This document shows, piece after piece, positions 1-11,351 of a DNA stretch of 64,000 nt. The notes under the pieces are model-generated. The model had not been told where the DNA came from, did not search any database, and worked only from the letters and a program-made list of their open reading frames with translations. The position numbers and the translations under genes were made by a program. The stretch spans positions 3,072,001 through 3,136,000 of the forward strand of contig OY759729.1 of assembly GCA_963662585.1 (NCBI GenBank), written 5' to 3'. This stretch comes from Candidatus Cloacimonadales bacterium. Lineage in GTDB: Bacteria; Cloacimonadota; Cloacimonadia; Cloacimonadales; JAFGVF01. How positions within the stretch are numbered: the stretch's first letter is position 1; each line of letters opens with the position of its first letter.

Positions 1-2080
1 TAATTTGAATTAAATTTGTTGGGTTAAACAAAACATTCTCTGTTTGATAATTAAGTTCAATATTAGGCGCAAGGTCAAGAAGTCTGCTCTCATTGAAATC
101 TCCACTATAGTTGATATCTGTTGCTAAGAAATCTGAATTGCCTGCAATTCTAGTATTCACTGAAAGAGGGACTGAATTACCTGTATATTCTATCCAAGTT
201 GAAGTTTCCATATCCCAAGGAGAATCTAATATTTTATAGATTGCTTTGGCCGTAACAGTGTTTGTCTCTATCTCTTGGTCATGAGTTCCCATAACTTCCA
301 CACCATTAGAGTAAAGATTGTATTGACCATCTATGAAGGAAACTTGATGATTGGTAAAAGTATCACCTGCTTGAGCATCATTATCAAGGTAGAGAAGTTC
401 TTCATCTAAAATAACATTTTCCCAACCATTAACACCATATTTCTGATAGCCAACTAACATAATGTCATTATTATCATTTTCATAAACTAATTGCTTTACT
501 TGATCAGTATAGAACTCATCTTTAAGAAGGGGAAGTACATCGTTTCCATTGATATTAACATAATCATAAGTTCTGAAAGTGTTAGGTCTTGGCTCAGCCT
601 GAAAAACTAAGTCAATAGACTCACTAACATTTTCATCATTCAGAGAGACAATAGTAAGTTCATCAAAAGGACCATAATAGCAGTAACCATCTTGCCAACT
701 CATTCCTTGACCAATTGAACCTATAATTGTGAAATCTTTTGGTTCTGTGAAAGTGAGGACTATAGGCTCATCTATAGTTTCAAGAACATGATCAGTTACT
801 TCTAAAGTATTTAAATCTCTGATATGAATAATATAATCAGCAATTTCAGTAAATTCTGAAGTGATATTTATAGTAAGAGAATAATCTGTAACATCAGATG
901 CAAGAGGAAGATATTCTACTGTTCCTAAACTTGCATTGTCATTAGAATCTGTAATAGATGCTTCAATCTCTGTTGTGTCGGTAGTTCCCCAGAAATTATT
1001 CTTGGCTAAGATAGTAATTTCACTAGCAAGATTGTTCAAAATTACACTATTGTTGTTGTTATTAACATCAATATTATTTTGGATAGTATTTAAACCATAA
1101 GCATAAGTATGATTCATTTCAGGTGCACCAATAACAGGTTGAGCCCCAACTGTTATGAATATTCCACCATAATTACCTGATATTAAGTTTCCAGCAATAT
1201 AAGGAGTTGCGCCCCCACCATAGCACATAATTCCTGCACCAGAATTCATATTACCTTCAATAAAGTTATTGGTAATCTCATTATCATATAAAGTTCCTGA
1301 ACAGTTGTAAAAATATACTCCTGTGTAATTTTCAGTAATAACATTATTAAAAATCTGAGCATTAATTCCACCACAAGAGAACATGTCAACGCTGGTGATT
1401 CCCTGGAAATTATTGTTATGGATGTAATTTTCTGTAATTGTTGGAGTTACTGAAGCATTATCAGATTGAATACTTATCTGGATAGCACCTCTAAACTGAG
1501 GACCTGTTCCATTTTCGGTAATCTCATTATTAGCAACAGTTACTGCACTTGATTCTGAAATTAAAATTGCACTCTTTACGCTATAAGCAATGTAATTTCT
1601 TTCAATTAGAATTTCTGGAGGATTAGCATTACCGATAGCAAAAATATGAATAGCTTCATCATTATATTCAAAATGAGAATCTGTGATTGTTGTTGGTGAA
1701 TTGATTGAATTAACAGCATTCTCGGCATTCTTCATAAAGCAATAAACAAAAACACTTGGCTCTGTTCCTTCATCTTCTAAGCGAATACCTTGATGTGAAA
1801 TCTCATTATTATCAGTGCTAGACTTAAAAATAATCATATTATCTTCAGTTCCTACTGCAGAAATTCTACCTTCAGCAGTGATTTGATAATCACCTAAAAA
1901 GAGAACTTCAACACCCGCTTCGATAGTTAAAACCTCATCAGCTGGAACTGTAATGTCGCCTGTTACTGTATAAGGACTATTTGCTGAATCCCAAACTCCA
2001 CTCTGATTTCCGCTTACATCAAGAGCCTGTAAGCTAAGTAACATAATTAAAAAAGTAAATACACCTACAATCTTTTTCAT
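1..2080 (-). CDS. Secreted right-handed parallel beta-helix repeat protein, runs off the window start
   Basis: Not in the ORF track. ATG at 2080 with GGGAG RBS; translates MKKIVGVFTFLIMFLSLQALDVSGNQSGVWDSANSPYTVTGDITVPADEVLTIEAGVEVLF, a signal peptide plus a typical beta-helix N-terminal cap. Confidence 0.8.
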   Translation of the reverse strand, partial: MKKIVGVFTFLIMLLSLQALDVSGNQSGVWDSANSPYTVTGDITVPADEVLTIEAGVEVLFLGDYQITAEGRISAVGTEDNMIIFKSSTDNNEISHQGIRLEDEGTEPSVFVYCFMKNAENAVNSINSPTTITDSHFEYNDEAIHIFAIGNANPPEILIERNYIAYSVKSAILISESSAVTVANNEITENGTGPQFRGAIQISIQSDNASVTPTITENYIHNNNFQGITSVDMFSCGGINAQIFNNVITENYTGVYFYNCSGTLYDNEITNNFIEGNMNSGAGIMCYGGGATPYIAGNLISGNYGGIFITVGAQPVIGAPEMNHTYAYGLNTIQNNIDVNNNNNSVILNNLASEITILAKNNFWGTTDTTEIEASITDSNDNASLGTVEYLPLASDVTDYSLTINITSEFTEIADYIIHIRDLNTLEVTDHVLETIDEPIVLTFTEPKDFTIIGSIGQGMSWQDGYCYYGPFDELTIVSLNDENVSESIDLVFQAEPRPNTFRTYDYVNINGNDVLPLLKDEFYTDQVKQLVYENDNNDIMLVGYQKYGVNGWENVILDEELLYLDNDAQAGDTFTNHQVSFIDGQYNLYSNGVEVMGTHDQEIETNTVTAKAIYKILDSPWDMETSTWIEYTGNSVPLSVNTRIAGNSDFLATDINYSGDFNESRLLDLAPNIELNYQTENVLFNPTNLIQI

Positions 2081-2225
2081 TATACATCTCCCATTTTCTA
2101 GTATTATTATTTCATAACAATAATAATTTCAAGTCAAAACTTGTAAATCTATTTTTTATAATCCTGATAATATGCTAAGAGAGGAGCTTATTTAACAAGG
2201 AAAACATATAGATTATATAGCTAAT

Positions 2226-2392
2226 TAAACCCAAATAATGCAGTAGATCTTTTAGAATAGCACTATATTCATTTGCTAAAGCATTTTACATAATTTCTCA
2301 GAGTATATATATTATAAGCTGATAAATTCTGTAAAACCTTTATCTATAAGAATCTGCACTCTTCTGTAAAGCCCTACTGCACCATTCGGGTT
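2226..2392. repeat. Dispersed repeat; an internally deleted copy lies at 3716-3813
   Basis: TAAACCCAAATAATGCAGTAGAT..TTTGCTAAAGCAT and ATCTGCACTCTTCTGTAAAGC..CACCATTC occur at both loci; the second copy lacks about 2285-2351. Confidence 0.85.
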
Positions 2393-2704
2393 AAAAGAAG
2401 ATCTATTCCATACTTTAGCTTTTCCTTTTAAATCTCCCATGCTCCTCCAATACTCTATTACTGATAACTTAAATAAAAGGCAAATAATCTTTGAAATGAG
2501 TGAGAAGGAGCAAGGGACAAGGACTCGGCGATGAGTAAGAATTAGTGTGTTTTTACTAAGAATAGAATCTGAAGAACTTCAAAAATTTAGTATAATCGAA
2601 AAGAGAAACAAAAAATATTAAAATAACTTGACTTCCTAAGCAATATCATTATCTTGTAATTATGAGTGAAATTATTCTTGCAATTGTGTACTTACCTGTT
2701 TTAT

Positions 2705-3054
<350 letters not shown>

Positions 3055-3245
3055 GTCTTCGAAATGAACGAAGTGAATGAGAAGACTGACACGGCGTAGC
3101 ATCTTTAGATGCGAAAACGGTCTTAGATTTATATTGCGTGGTTCGTTCATTACTACGCCTAGGCAGGCCAATCTGAGTTTGCTATATGTTTTGTATATTT
3201 TGTAACAAATGGTGATTATTATTTAGAAGAAGAGAGTTAGGTTAT

Positions 3246-3485
3246 ATGTATTATGTTTATATTCTAAAAAGTATCAATTATCCAGATAAATATTATACAG
3301 GTTATTCAACCGATTTAAAAAAGAGAATCCAAAAACACAATTATGGAGAAGTACCTTCAACCACAAAATATAAACCTTGGAAAATGCATTGTTATTTCGC
3401 TTTTCCATCCCAAGATAAAGCAATAGCCTTCGAGAAATACCTTAAAACACATTCAGGACGAGCCTTTGCGTGTAAGCATTTTTAA
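3246..3485 (+). CDS. Stand-alone GIY-YIG nuclease family protein
   Basis: MYYVYILKS...YTGYSTDLKKRIQKHN...A.AFEKYLK: GIY-YIG motifs with conserved Arg, His and Glu. Confidence 0.9.
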   Translation: MYYVYILKSINYPDKYYTGYSTDLKKRIQKHNYGEVPSTTKYKPWKMHCYFAFPSQDKAIAFEKYLKTHSGRAFACKHF

Positions 3486-3550
3486 TAAAAATTTCAATTA
3501 CTTTAGGTAATTATCTAAATCTAATACCACAGTAACAATAAATAAAAACT

Positions 3551-3718
3551 TACCAGCCCGTAATTATGGTAGGGGCGTATTGCCATATGCTCATAATTAC
3601 AACAATTCAATCTGGCAAAAAAAATATTGGGAACATATAATTAGAACCGAAATAGAATATAACAAAATCTCCCAATACATTATTAATAATCATCTGTGTT
3701 GGGATAATGATAAGTTAA
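3551..3718 (+). pseudogene. 3' fragment of a REP-associated tyrosine transposase
   Basis: Nucleotide-level homology to about 24680-24848 of the intact RAYT (SIWQ..YWEHII...YIINN), including the internal REP. Confidence 0.85.
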
Positions 3719-3884
3719 ACCCAAATAATGCAGTAGATATTTTAGAATAGCACTATATTCATTTGCTAAAGCATCTGCACTCTTCTGTAAAGCTCTACTG
3801 CACCATTCTGGTTGAATGGGGGAGAAGGGAATGTGGTTATAGAATCTGAAATAGGGTATAATCAGGAAATCTGGAAGGTTTAAT

Positions 3885-3908
3885 GTAGGGGCGAAAAATC
3901 TTTCGCCC
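3885..3908 (+). repeat. GTAG-type REP palindrome; family members also at 23272-23296, 24211-24235, 24698-24721, 27268-27301, 33003-33028 and 41995-42020
   Basis: GTAG followed by a GGGCG..CGCCC-type hairpin, mostly intergenic and dispersed; a RAYT gene is in the window. Confidence 0.75.
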
Positions 3909-4015
3909 ATAATTGATTAGAGTTTTTTCCTCTTCACAATAAGTGTGGAAAAAAAACAACACATTGCAGAATTTATGAGCAGTTATCTTAGATAAACATA
4001 ATAAAAATAGATAAG

Positions 4016-4044
4016 AAAAAGACTGTACTATGACAGTCTTTTCT
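4016..4044 (-). terminator. Intrinsic terminator after the M15 pseudogene
   Basis: AAAAGACTGT-acta-tg-ACAGTCTTTT hairpin with A/T tails. Confidence 0.6.
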
Positions 4045-4060
4045 TTGCAGGCTAATACAA

Positions 4061-4428
4061 TCAGATATTATCAGGCTTAGATTTATCTACATCAACATGT
4101 AAAAAGCCTTTACTGATGCCAATCCTGCTAAATCCAACAATCACCAAAGCTCGAAGAATCTTTAGTCTAGCAAGATTATTAGCTACTTCAATATCAACAG
4201 CTAATCCTGTTAAATGAGCAGAGTTTTTAACTCCACCAACTTGGTGTTATGTTTTTTGCATCTGTACCCACTAGAAATTTTAAATGGGACACCTGCTAGA
4301 CAGCGAGCCAGATTCAGCATTAATACAAGTTTATAAGAAAGAACAGCTTTTCCACAACAAGGACATTTAAACTCACTTTTAGAGAAGTGTTTAATGTCTT
4401 TCCAATTTATGAAGTTAGATTTATTCAT
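4061..4428 (-). pseudogene. Peptidase M15A (phage endolysin-like Zn D-Ala-D-Ala carboxypeptidase), frameshifted
   Basis: EFKCPCCG...ISSGYRC.KHN, then a 1-nt frameshift near 4241 continuing VGGVKNSAHLTGLAVDI...FLHVD to TGA at 4061-4063. Confidence 0.85.
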
Positions 4429-5097
4429 GTTTCCAATTTATTTATGTAAGTGTCCCAATCAAATTGAGTTGATAAAATTTAACATAAAAAAGCTAGAAAG
4501 CAGTTAAAAGGAATAGGTGTATTTCGCAGATAGTGACAATGGAGAAGAAACTAAATTGGGAAATTATGAAAAATTAAGATTATGCCTAGATTCAAGAACT
4601 TAGCATTATCGATAAGATAGCTCATATACTTACTCGTAGAGAATATGAATGTGTTATAGTTGATATCTGTAATATGAGATAAGATATTCAAAGAATTATA
4701 CTTGAGAATTATTAACGAAATCTCTAATTAGATTTTAATTATGATGACATTGAAAAACAAAAGCTGAGAAGGTAAGACAGATCAAGTAAAATTGAATGCT
4801 ACTGAACTGTTAATTAGCTCAGCAGCTCCTTCAAAGTTCAGTAGCATACCTCTATTTGATAATTACAGATGGTATCTGCTGGATATTATGTAACAGATCA
4901 AATTAAGTAATCATTAAAATTTAAATTACAAATGTTAATCTTTACTAGTTTGTCGAAAATACAATATCTCTTAGTTATCTCATAAGATTAATAGTAGTTA
5001 TAAATGATATTCAATAGTTAATATTTACAGTATTATGATTTTTTTCTTGCTAAAACTACAACAAAAAAAAAAATGAAAAAAAGGTAGAATAACTTAA

Positions 5098-6429
5098 ATG
5101 AATAAATTGAAAATGATAACTGAATTAGATAAAAAAAATATAGAACTAGATAGTATTATACAACAGTATAAAGAAATTGAAAAGAAAAACAACCTAAGAT
5201 TTATTGAAAGTAAAGATGATTTTTCAATGAATTTTAAAAAAGCTCAATCAAAGCCTATACATAGATGGTTTAAGTATAAAGAGGGTTTTTCTCCTTCAAT
5301 AGTCGCTAATTTTATAAATAGGTTCAATGAGAAAAAAAATCCTATCATTTTCGATCCGTTTGGAGGTATTGGTACTACTGTTTTAGAAAGTTCTCTAAAT
5401 GGATTTATGGCATATTCTAATGATGTAAATCCTTTAAGTAATTATATTTCTAGAATTAAAACAAAACAATATTCTGAGGGATATTTAAACATGTTAAAAG
5501 AAATAGCAAAGAATTTTGATTCAATTCAGTTCAAGAATAAGATAAATCCTCCAGGGAATAATACAGTTATAAACTATTTTGATGATGTAACTTTAGATGC
5601 AATTTTAAAAATACAATACTGGATTAACCAAATTAAAAATACAGACATTTACAATATTTTTAATCTCGCTCTTATCACTAATTTAGAGAACTTATCTACT
5701 CATCGTAAAGATGGTAATGGAGTGAAAAGAAAAAGGAATTATAGCCCATACAATAGTATAGATGACATCAAAACCATTATATTAAAAACTATTGATATGT
5801 TCGTATCTGACATTGAGATGACAACCCTTATATATGAACCCAATGTTTTATCACAAAGTTCCGTAAAAAGCTATTCCATTGATCAAAAAGCTGATATTGT
5901 AATTACATCACCTCCCTATGCAAATTGTTTTGATTATAGCAAAGTATATCTTGTTGAACTCTGGTTTAGTAGGTTCTTTAAAGATAAATCAGATCAAAAG
6001 AGATTTCGTGAAAACTCTATAATTAGCCATGTTCATTATAAATGGAATCCTAGAAACGAAAAATTTGTACATGATTTAGTTAATGTTAATATTAGGAATT
6101 ATCTAAATAACTCTAAATTATGGGACAGAAAAATCCCTCAAATGTTAGTTGGTTATTTTTCTGATATAGCAAAAGGTCTATATGAATTGATACCAAACTT
6201 AAATAACCACGCAACTGTAGGGTTTATTGTTGGTAATAGTGTATATTCTGGGTTACCGATCTCTACTGACCTAATTATAGCTGACATTGCTGAAAAACTT
6301 GGATATATAGTTCTAGGAATTGAAACACATAGAAAATTGACACCATCATCACAACAGCAAAAAATTATGAGAGATGAAGACAAAATATTTTTAAGGGAGA
6401 GTTTAGTAATTTTAAAATGGAAAAGATAG
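5098..6429 (+). CDS. DNA amino-methyltransferase 1, probably N4-cytosine, alpha motif order
   Basis: HRWFKYKEGFS, motif I FDPFGGIGTT before motif IV TSPPY. Confidence 0.85.
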   Translation: MNKLKMITELDKKNIELDSIIQQYKEIEKKNNLRFIESKDDFSMNFKKAQSKPIHRWFKYKEGFSPSIVANFINRFNEKKNPIIFDPFGGIGTTVLESSLNGFMAYSNDVNPLSNYISRIKTKQYSEGYLNMLKEIAKNFDSIQFKNKINPPGNNTVINYFDDVTLDAILKIQYWINQIKNTDIYNIFNLALITNLENLSTHRKDGNGVKRKRNYSPYNSIDDIKTIILKTIDMFVSDIEMTTLIYEPNVLSQSSVKSYSIDQKADIVITSPPYANCFDYSKVYLVELWFSRFFKDKSDQKRFRENSIISHVHYKWNPRNEKFVHDLVNVNIRNYLNNSKLWDRKIPQMLVGYFSDIAKGLYELIPNLNNHATVGFIVGNSVYSGLPISTDLIIADIAEKLGYIVLGIETHRKLTPSSQQQKIMRDEDKIFLRESLVILKWKR

Positions 6430-7706
6430 TTTTAAACAACACAGGTAAGTATAATCCTTATGAATTGAAATGGAATTCAACTATTGTTTTTCCAAGTACA
6501 AGAAAATTGAAGCAATATGGAAATAGAATCTATAATAGATATCCAGCCCGAAGTATTTTTTTAGTACCAAGAAACACAATCCTTAATTTTAAACGAAATA
6601 GGAAATTGGTAAATATATTAGATCCATTCATGGGGTCAGGAACAACAGCAGTTGAAAGTATACTTCAAAACTGTAATATTTATGGAACTGAAATGGATCC
6701 TTTTGCTCGATTAGTATCAGAAGCTAGTGTTCAATTATATTCAGATGCTGAATTCATAGAACTTGAAGATATATTCAGTAAGATAAATTCTAATTGGAAG
6801 AATCAAAAACCGTTATCAAAATATACCCCAAAATTAAAAAATATTGAGTATTGGTTTGATAAAGAAGTATTTACAGATTTATTGAGCCTAAAATCATATA
6901 TTTTTGAGTTTGTGAAGAATGATAAATTTCTGATATTTTTTAAAGTTGTTTTTGCTGATTGCATTAAACCATCATCAAAAATGGAGCGACAGTCAATAAA
7001 ACCATATATTTCATCTAAATATCCTAAAACAATCAAACCTGTTAATGAATCTTTTCAATATAGTTACAAGGCACATATAGAAACATTAAAGGATTATAAG
7101 GATAAAACATTAAAGCAAAGAAACATTGAATGGCTTAGTTTTGATGCAACAAATTTTGAATTAGCAAATAAATCTATTGACATTGCAATATCTTCCCCAC
7201 CATATTTGAGTGCCTTTGATTATACACATGTTATAAAAATTGAAAGTGCATGGTTAGGCCTTTTACAAGACCCTGATATATTGAAGTTAAGATGTTCACA
7301 AGTTGGTCATCAGAAAAGAAGAGACAACATAGTTTGTACTGATATAGTTGATATTTTCAGTGATTATTATTATTCTATATTAAATGGTGATAAGAAAAAT
7401 TCTAAAATTTCAAATATTAATGTTGCGAAAGGAGCTCAATCCTACTTCAACGATATGTATAAGAACTTGTATTACACTTACAATGTATTGAAAGAAAAAG
7501 GTCAATATCATTTAATCATAGGAGATAATGTTATAAATGGAATAAACATCCCTACGCACAAAATTGTTGCACAGATTGCTGAAAAAATTGGATTTAATTG
7601 GTTTGGATATTATAAGTATCCCATTAAAGATCACAGAACGTCAATACCACGTAATGCAAATGGTAAAAAAATAAAATATGAATACGTTCTTATGTTGGAA
7701 AAATAA
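6417..7706 (+). CDS. DNA amino-methyltransferase 2, probably N4-cytosine, alpha motif order
   Basis: RYPA, motif I LDPFMGSGTT, motif IV SSPPY; overlaps MTase 1 by 13 nt. Confidence 0.85.
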   Translation: MEKIVLNNTGKYNPYELKWNSTIVFPSTRKLKQYGNRIYNRYPARSIFLVPRNTILNFKRNRKLVNILDPFMGSGTTAVESILQNCNIYGTEMDPFARLVSEASVQLYSDAEFIELEDIFSKINSNWKNQKPLSKYTPKLKNIEYWFDKEVFTDLLSLKSYIFEFVKNDKFLIFFKVVFADCIKPSSKMERQSIKPYISSKYPKTIKPVNESFQYSYKAHIETLKDYKDKTLKQRNIEWLSFDATNFELANKSIDIAISSPPYLSAFDYTHVIKIESAWLGLLQDPDILKLRCSQVGHQKRRDNIVCTDIVDIFSDYYYSILNGDKKNSKISNINVAKGAQSYFNDMYKNLYYTYNVLKEKGQYHLIIGDNVINGINIPTHKIVAQIAEKIGFNWFGYYKYPIKDHRTSIPRNANGKKIKYEYVLMLEK

Positions 7707-9691
7707 TGAAAATACACTTACGCAATATTCAACATTTCCCATATAATCTTTTATCGAATAATTGGTTAAAGTGGTGTGAATCATTTTTGACCGAAGGAAT
7801 AAACTTACAGGATTATGAATTTGAAAGCTTTAACATAAAAAATATTAAAGGTATTCCTGATAACTCTAGTGCTCCTACAAGAGCTATAGAGTTATATAGA
7901 GGTGGTTTACTTAAGTACCCAATAAGTGTTAATAAATCAAAAACTAGAGCTTGGGATATGTTAAGAAATAATGAATCAATAATATCAAATTTTGGTTTCA
8001 TAAGTTATTTGATTATCAAGGCAAGTGAATCAACTGAAAATAATCAAAAACTGAACAAAGCTTTTTCTGCTATAACATCAATTTTAGCAGTATCTCAAAC
8101 GATTCACGTTGATTATGATGGTGAAAATCATGTAATATCATTGAACACTATATTTCAAAGGTTAATCGAAATATTTAAACCTGAACTAAAAGATTATCTT
8201 GCTCTTCAATTTCTTGCTAGTGCAATGATTTGTACTTTAAAATGGGATGTTTTGAATGAAACCTTCATAAGAAAGATATTAAATAATTATTCAAGTTTAA
8301 CAATGGTTATTACAAGCAATCCAAAAAGAGGCAATGAAATAATCTATAACATATCTAAATCTAATTTTAATGATATATTATCTGATTTTAGAAATAATAA
8401 GAGAACTTTTGATAATACTACTAATCAAAGGTTTTGTAATTTCTATGTTGGAAATAATAACAATAATCCTGAACTTGGGTACATAAATAGCTCAAGAAAG
8501 TACTTTGACAAATTCTTGAAAGATTGTTCGAAAATTGAAATTGAAAATTGGATGATGTCACCGTTTAAGGATTTATACAGAAGTGAAAATTATTCGTACG
8601 ATGATATTGGAGCTGAAGATATCATAATGCAATTTAAACATATATTCAATAAATACTTACCAGACTCAGATAATTTAAAGGAGTTATTAATGTCATTAAA
8701 AGATGGATGTTTTGAAGCAATTAAAGTACTAGGTTGGGAGAATAATCAAAACTCGAACGAAATAAATAATAATGGGGAAAATAAAATTTTCTATGGTGCT
8801 CCTGGTGTTGGTAAATCCTATCATGTAAATCAGATTTTAAAAAACATTCCTAGAAATAGAGTAAGAAGGGTTACTTTTCACCCTGAATATGATCACGCTT
8901 CATTTGTTGGGTGTTATCGACCAGAAATGGATGAAAAAGAAAATATTATTTATAGATTTACTCCTCAAGCCTTTACAAATATATATTGTGATGCATGGAA
9001 TGATCCAAATAATGATTATTACCTTATAATTGAAGAGATTAATAGAGGTAATTGTGCTGAAATCTTTGGTGATATATTTCAATTACTAGATAGAGACGCA
9101 AAATATGATATAGTTCCTTCGAAAGAACTAGGTGAATATTTAGATAAATATTTAAATAAAAGCAGTATGATTAGTTCAGATGCATTAAGATTACCAAATA
9201 ATTTGCACATTTACGCAACAATGAATACTTCTGATCAATCATTATATCCAATGGATAGTGCTTTTAAAAGACGATGGATTTGGAATTATATACCTATCAA
9301 TTATCTTAAAGATCAAACTACAAATAAATCAGCGAAGTTTAAAGTTCAAATTTCCGAAAATGAATTCTTTAACTGGATAGATTTTATAAAAGCAGTAAAT
9401 GATGTAATCAAGAGGAATAGCAATCTTGGACAAGATAAATGTATTGGAAATTACTTTATTAATCCAAAAGATAACATAATTGATCTTGCAACATTTATAC
9501 ATAAGACAGTATTTTACTTATGGAATGATGTCTTCAAAGATGAAATGGAGGACGATACCATATTCAAAAATCATGAAACATTTACAGATTTTTTCCCTAT
9601 TGAGCAAAATGGTAAGCAAAAAGTCATTCAGCTTGTTAAATCACTGAATATTGAAATTGAATATAGGAACAACATTGAAAATACTGATTGA
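7706..9691 (+). CDS. McrB-family AAA+ GTPase with an unassigned N-terminal domain of about 350 aa
   Basis: Walker A GAPGVGKS, VTFHP, Walker B IIEEINRG, McrB signature MNTSD, DSAFKRRW; TAATG coupling to MTase 2. Confidence 0.9.
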   Translation: MKIHLRNIQHFPYNLLSNNWLKWCESFLTEGINLQDYEFESFNIKNIKGIPDNSSAPTRAIELYRGGLLKYPISVNKSKTRAWDMLRNNESIISNFGFISYLIIKASESTENNQKLNKAFSAITSILAVSQTIHVDYDGENHVISLNTIFQRLIEIFKPELKDYLALQFLASAMICTLKWDVLNETFIRKILNNYSSLTMVITSNPKRGNEIIYNISKSNFNDILSDFRNNKRTFDNTTNQRFCNFYVGNNNNNPELGYINSSRKYFDKFLKDCSKIEIENWMMSPFKDLYRSENYSYDDIGAEDIIMQFKHIFNKYLPDSDNLKELLMSLKDGCFEAIKVLGWENNQNSNEINNNGENKIFYGAPGVGKSYHVNQILKNIPRNRVRRVTFHPEYDHASFVGCYRPEMDEKENIIYRFTPQAFTNIYCDAWNDPNNDYYLIIEEINRGNCAEIFGDIFQLLDRDAKYDIVPSKELGEYLDKYLNKSSMISSDALRLPNNLHIYATMNTSDQSLYPMDSAFKRRWIWNYIPINYLKDQTTNKSAKFKVQISENEFFNWIDFIKAVNDVIKRNSNLGQDKCIGNYFINPKDNIIDLATFIHKTVFYLWNDVFKDEMEDDTIFKNHETFTDFFPIEQNGKQKVIQLVKSLNIEIEYRNNIENTD

Positions 9692-11351
9692 GGGAGAAAA
9701 ATACAGAATCTCTTTACTTAAGAATCTTTTTGATGACACCAAATTTTATAGACAAAATGGTGAAGAGGGTATAATATCCGCAGTTGGTTATTATCATTCA
9801 TATATATCAAAAGACATTGTTTATCTCCTACCAAAAGTATTTATGAAAGACACAAATGTATCTATTTTTGGAATATCAACGCACGACTTAATTGATTTAG
9901 ATCTGGTTTCAATAAAACATAAAAATGAGTATCATTGGATTAGAAAATTATCAATTTACTTTTATCAAAGTCTTATTGAATTCAAAAGAAGACACCCTAG
10001 CTCTTCTTTACTTGAGAGCTCTTTACCTCATAAATTAGGGAGTATAAACGGCAGATTTGAATATTCATATTTAGATTTGGTTCTAAGTTTTGTCAATCTA
10101 TACAAAAAGAATAAAGAGAAGATTCTATTTAAACATATAGAATCATATTCAAACTTCTCAAAGAAAGTTAATTGGAACAAGACAATTAGAAAAACTACTC
10201 CAATAATTAAGGATGATATAAAAGTAATTTATTATATTTTTAACAACAATAAAAAAATAAAAGATGTTCAAGAGAGTTTGTTCATCTATTTCTTTTCAAT
10301 ACTTTATTATTTTAATGAAGAGCATGATTTAAACATTAAAATTGATCCATCTTACAATATAATCAAAGGTGCAAAATTTATCGCGTTACAAGCAAATGGA
10401 TTAAGAAAACTAAAAAAAATTAGATATAAATACTTTGATGATTCATTAACAAAGATGTATAAATTATGTGAGCTGTATTTTTCTTTAACAGATAAAAGTA
10501 GTTTAAAGAAAAGAAGCTCTGAATTTATATCTGTTGGTAATTATGATATTATTTTCGAAGATATGGTAGATAAGCTATTCTCCGATAATTTGATGGATAA
10601 AAAGACAAATGAAGGACATTCCTTAAATTCATTAAAATACCATGATGATGGAAAAGTTATAGATCACATTTTTGACTATAAATCAATTATTGATGATAGT
10701 AATATTTTTTATATTGGTGATTCAAAATACTACAAATCTGGTAAAACAGCAGGTAGATTATCTAAATTTAAACAGTTTACCTATGCAAAAAATGTTATTC
10801 AGTATAACGTAGATCTTCTAAATAAGGAACCTCAAGAAGTTTATAAACCAAATATTCGATACCGAGATTCTCTAACTGAAGGCTACAATGTAACACCGAA
10901 TTTCTTTGTTTATGGATACATAGATAACTTCAGTGACTTTGAAAATGCTAAATTTGATTCGTCGGGTGAAGTTGTTTTTTCATATCAATGGAAACATCGT
11001 TTATTTGATAGAGACTCGTTATATCTACACCAATATAGAATTAACTTTCTCTATGTTTTAAAATCTTATGCTCAATTTAATAAAGACAAAATAAAATCAT
11101 TTAGAGAAGTGACTAAATCACAAATAAGAAGTAATTTCATTAATTATTTCTCTGATCCTCATAAATCAAAGTTTATATTTTATGAGTATAAAAAAGATAA
11201 CTATACTGAATATATAAAAAACAATTTTAGGGAGCTTCTAGGAAAATCATATATAACAATTGATAACAGGTTAGTTATTGCTTTGCATAAAGATGATAAG
11301 GAAACTAGAAAAATAAAATTAAATGATTTAGAGCGAATAGATTTAAAGTAA
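9675..11351 (+). CDS. LlaJI-family / McrC-like PD-(D/E)xK restriction nuclease subunit
   Basis: LPKVF, VNWNKTI, FEDMVD, IDH...IGDSKYY, KQFTY. The likely start is TTG 9675 after AGGA (the track start 9651 is in the same frame). Confidence 0.85.
   Translation: MKILIEGEKYRISLLKNLFDDTKFYRQNGEEGIISAVGYYHSYISKDIVYLLPKVFMKDTNVSIFGISTHDLIDLDLVSIKHKNEYHWIRKLSIYFYQSLIEFKRRHPSSSLLESSLPHKLGSINGRFEYSYLDLVLSFVNLYKKNKEKILFKHIESYSNFSKKVNWNKTIRKTTPIIKDDIKVIYYIFNNNKKIKDVQESLFIYFFSILYYFNEEHDLNIKIDPSYNIIKGAKFIALQANGLRKLKKIRYKYFDDSLTKMYKLCELYFSLTDKSSLKKRSSEFISVGNYDIIFEDMVDKLFSDNLMDKKTNEGHSLNSLKYHDDGKVIDHIFDYKSIIDDSNIFYIGDSKYYKSGKTAGRLSKFKQFTYAKNVIQYNVDLLNKEPQEVYKPNIRYRDSLTEGYNVTPNFFVYGYIDNFSDFENAKFDSSGEVVFSYQWKHRLFDRDSLYLHQYRINFLYVLKSYAQFNKDKIKSFREVTKSQIRSNFINYFSDPHKSKFIFYEYKKDNYTEYIKNNFRELLGKSYITIDNRLVIALHKDDKETRKIKLNDLERIDLK

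Noticed and set aside
3683..3910. 75-aa minus-strand ORF
   Set aside because: It spans a mosaic of REP, dispersed repeat and antisense RAYT fragment.
4560..4730. Short frame QELSIIDKIAHILTRREYEC resembling a sigma region 4 / LuxR-type HTH start
   Set aside because: Too short and interrupted by stops to assign.
5063..5073. A11 tract upstream of MTase 1 as a phase-variation switch
   Set aside because: Homopolymers are common in this AT-rich DNA and no promoter geometry clearly depends on it.
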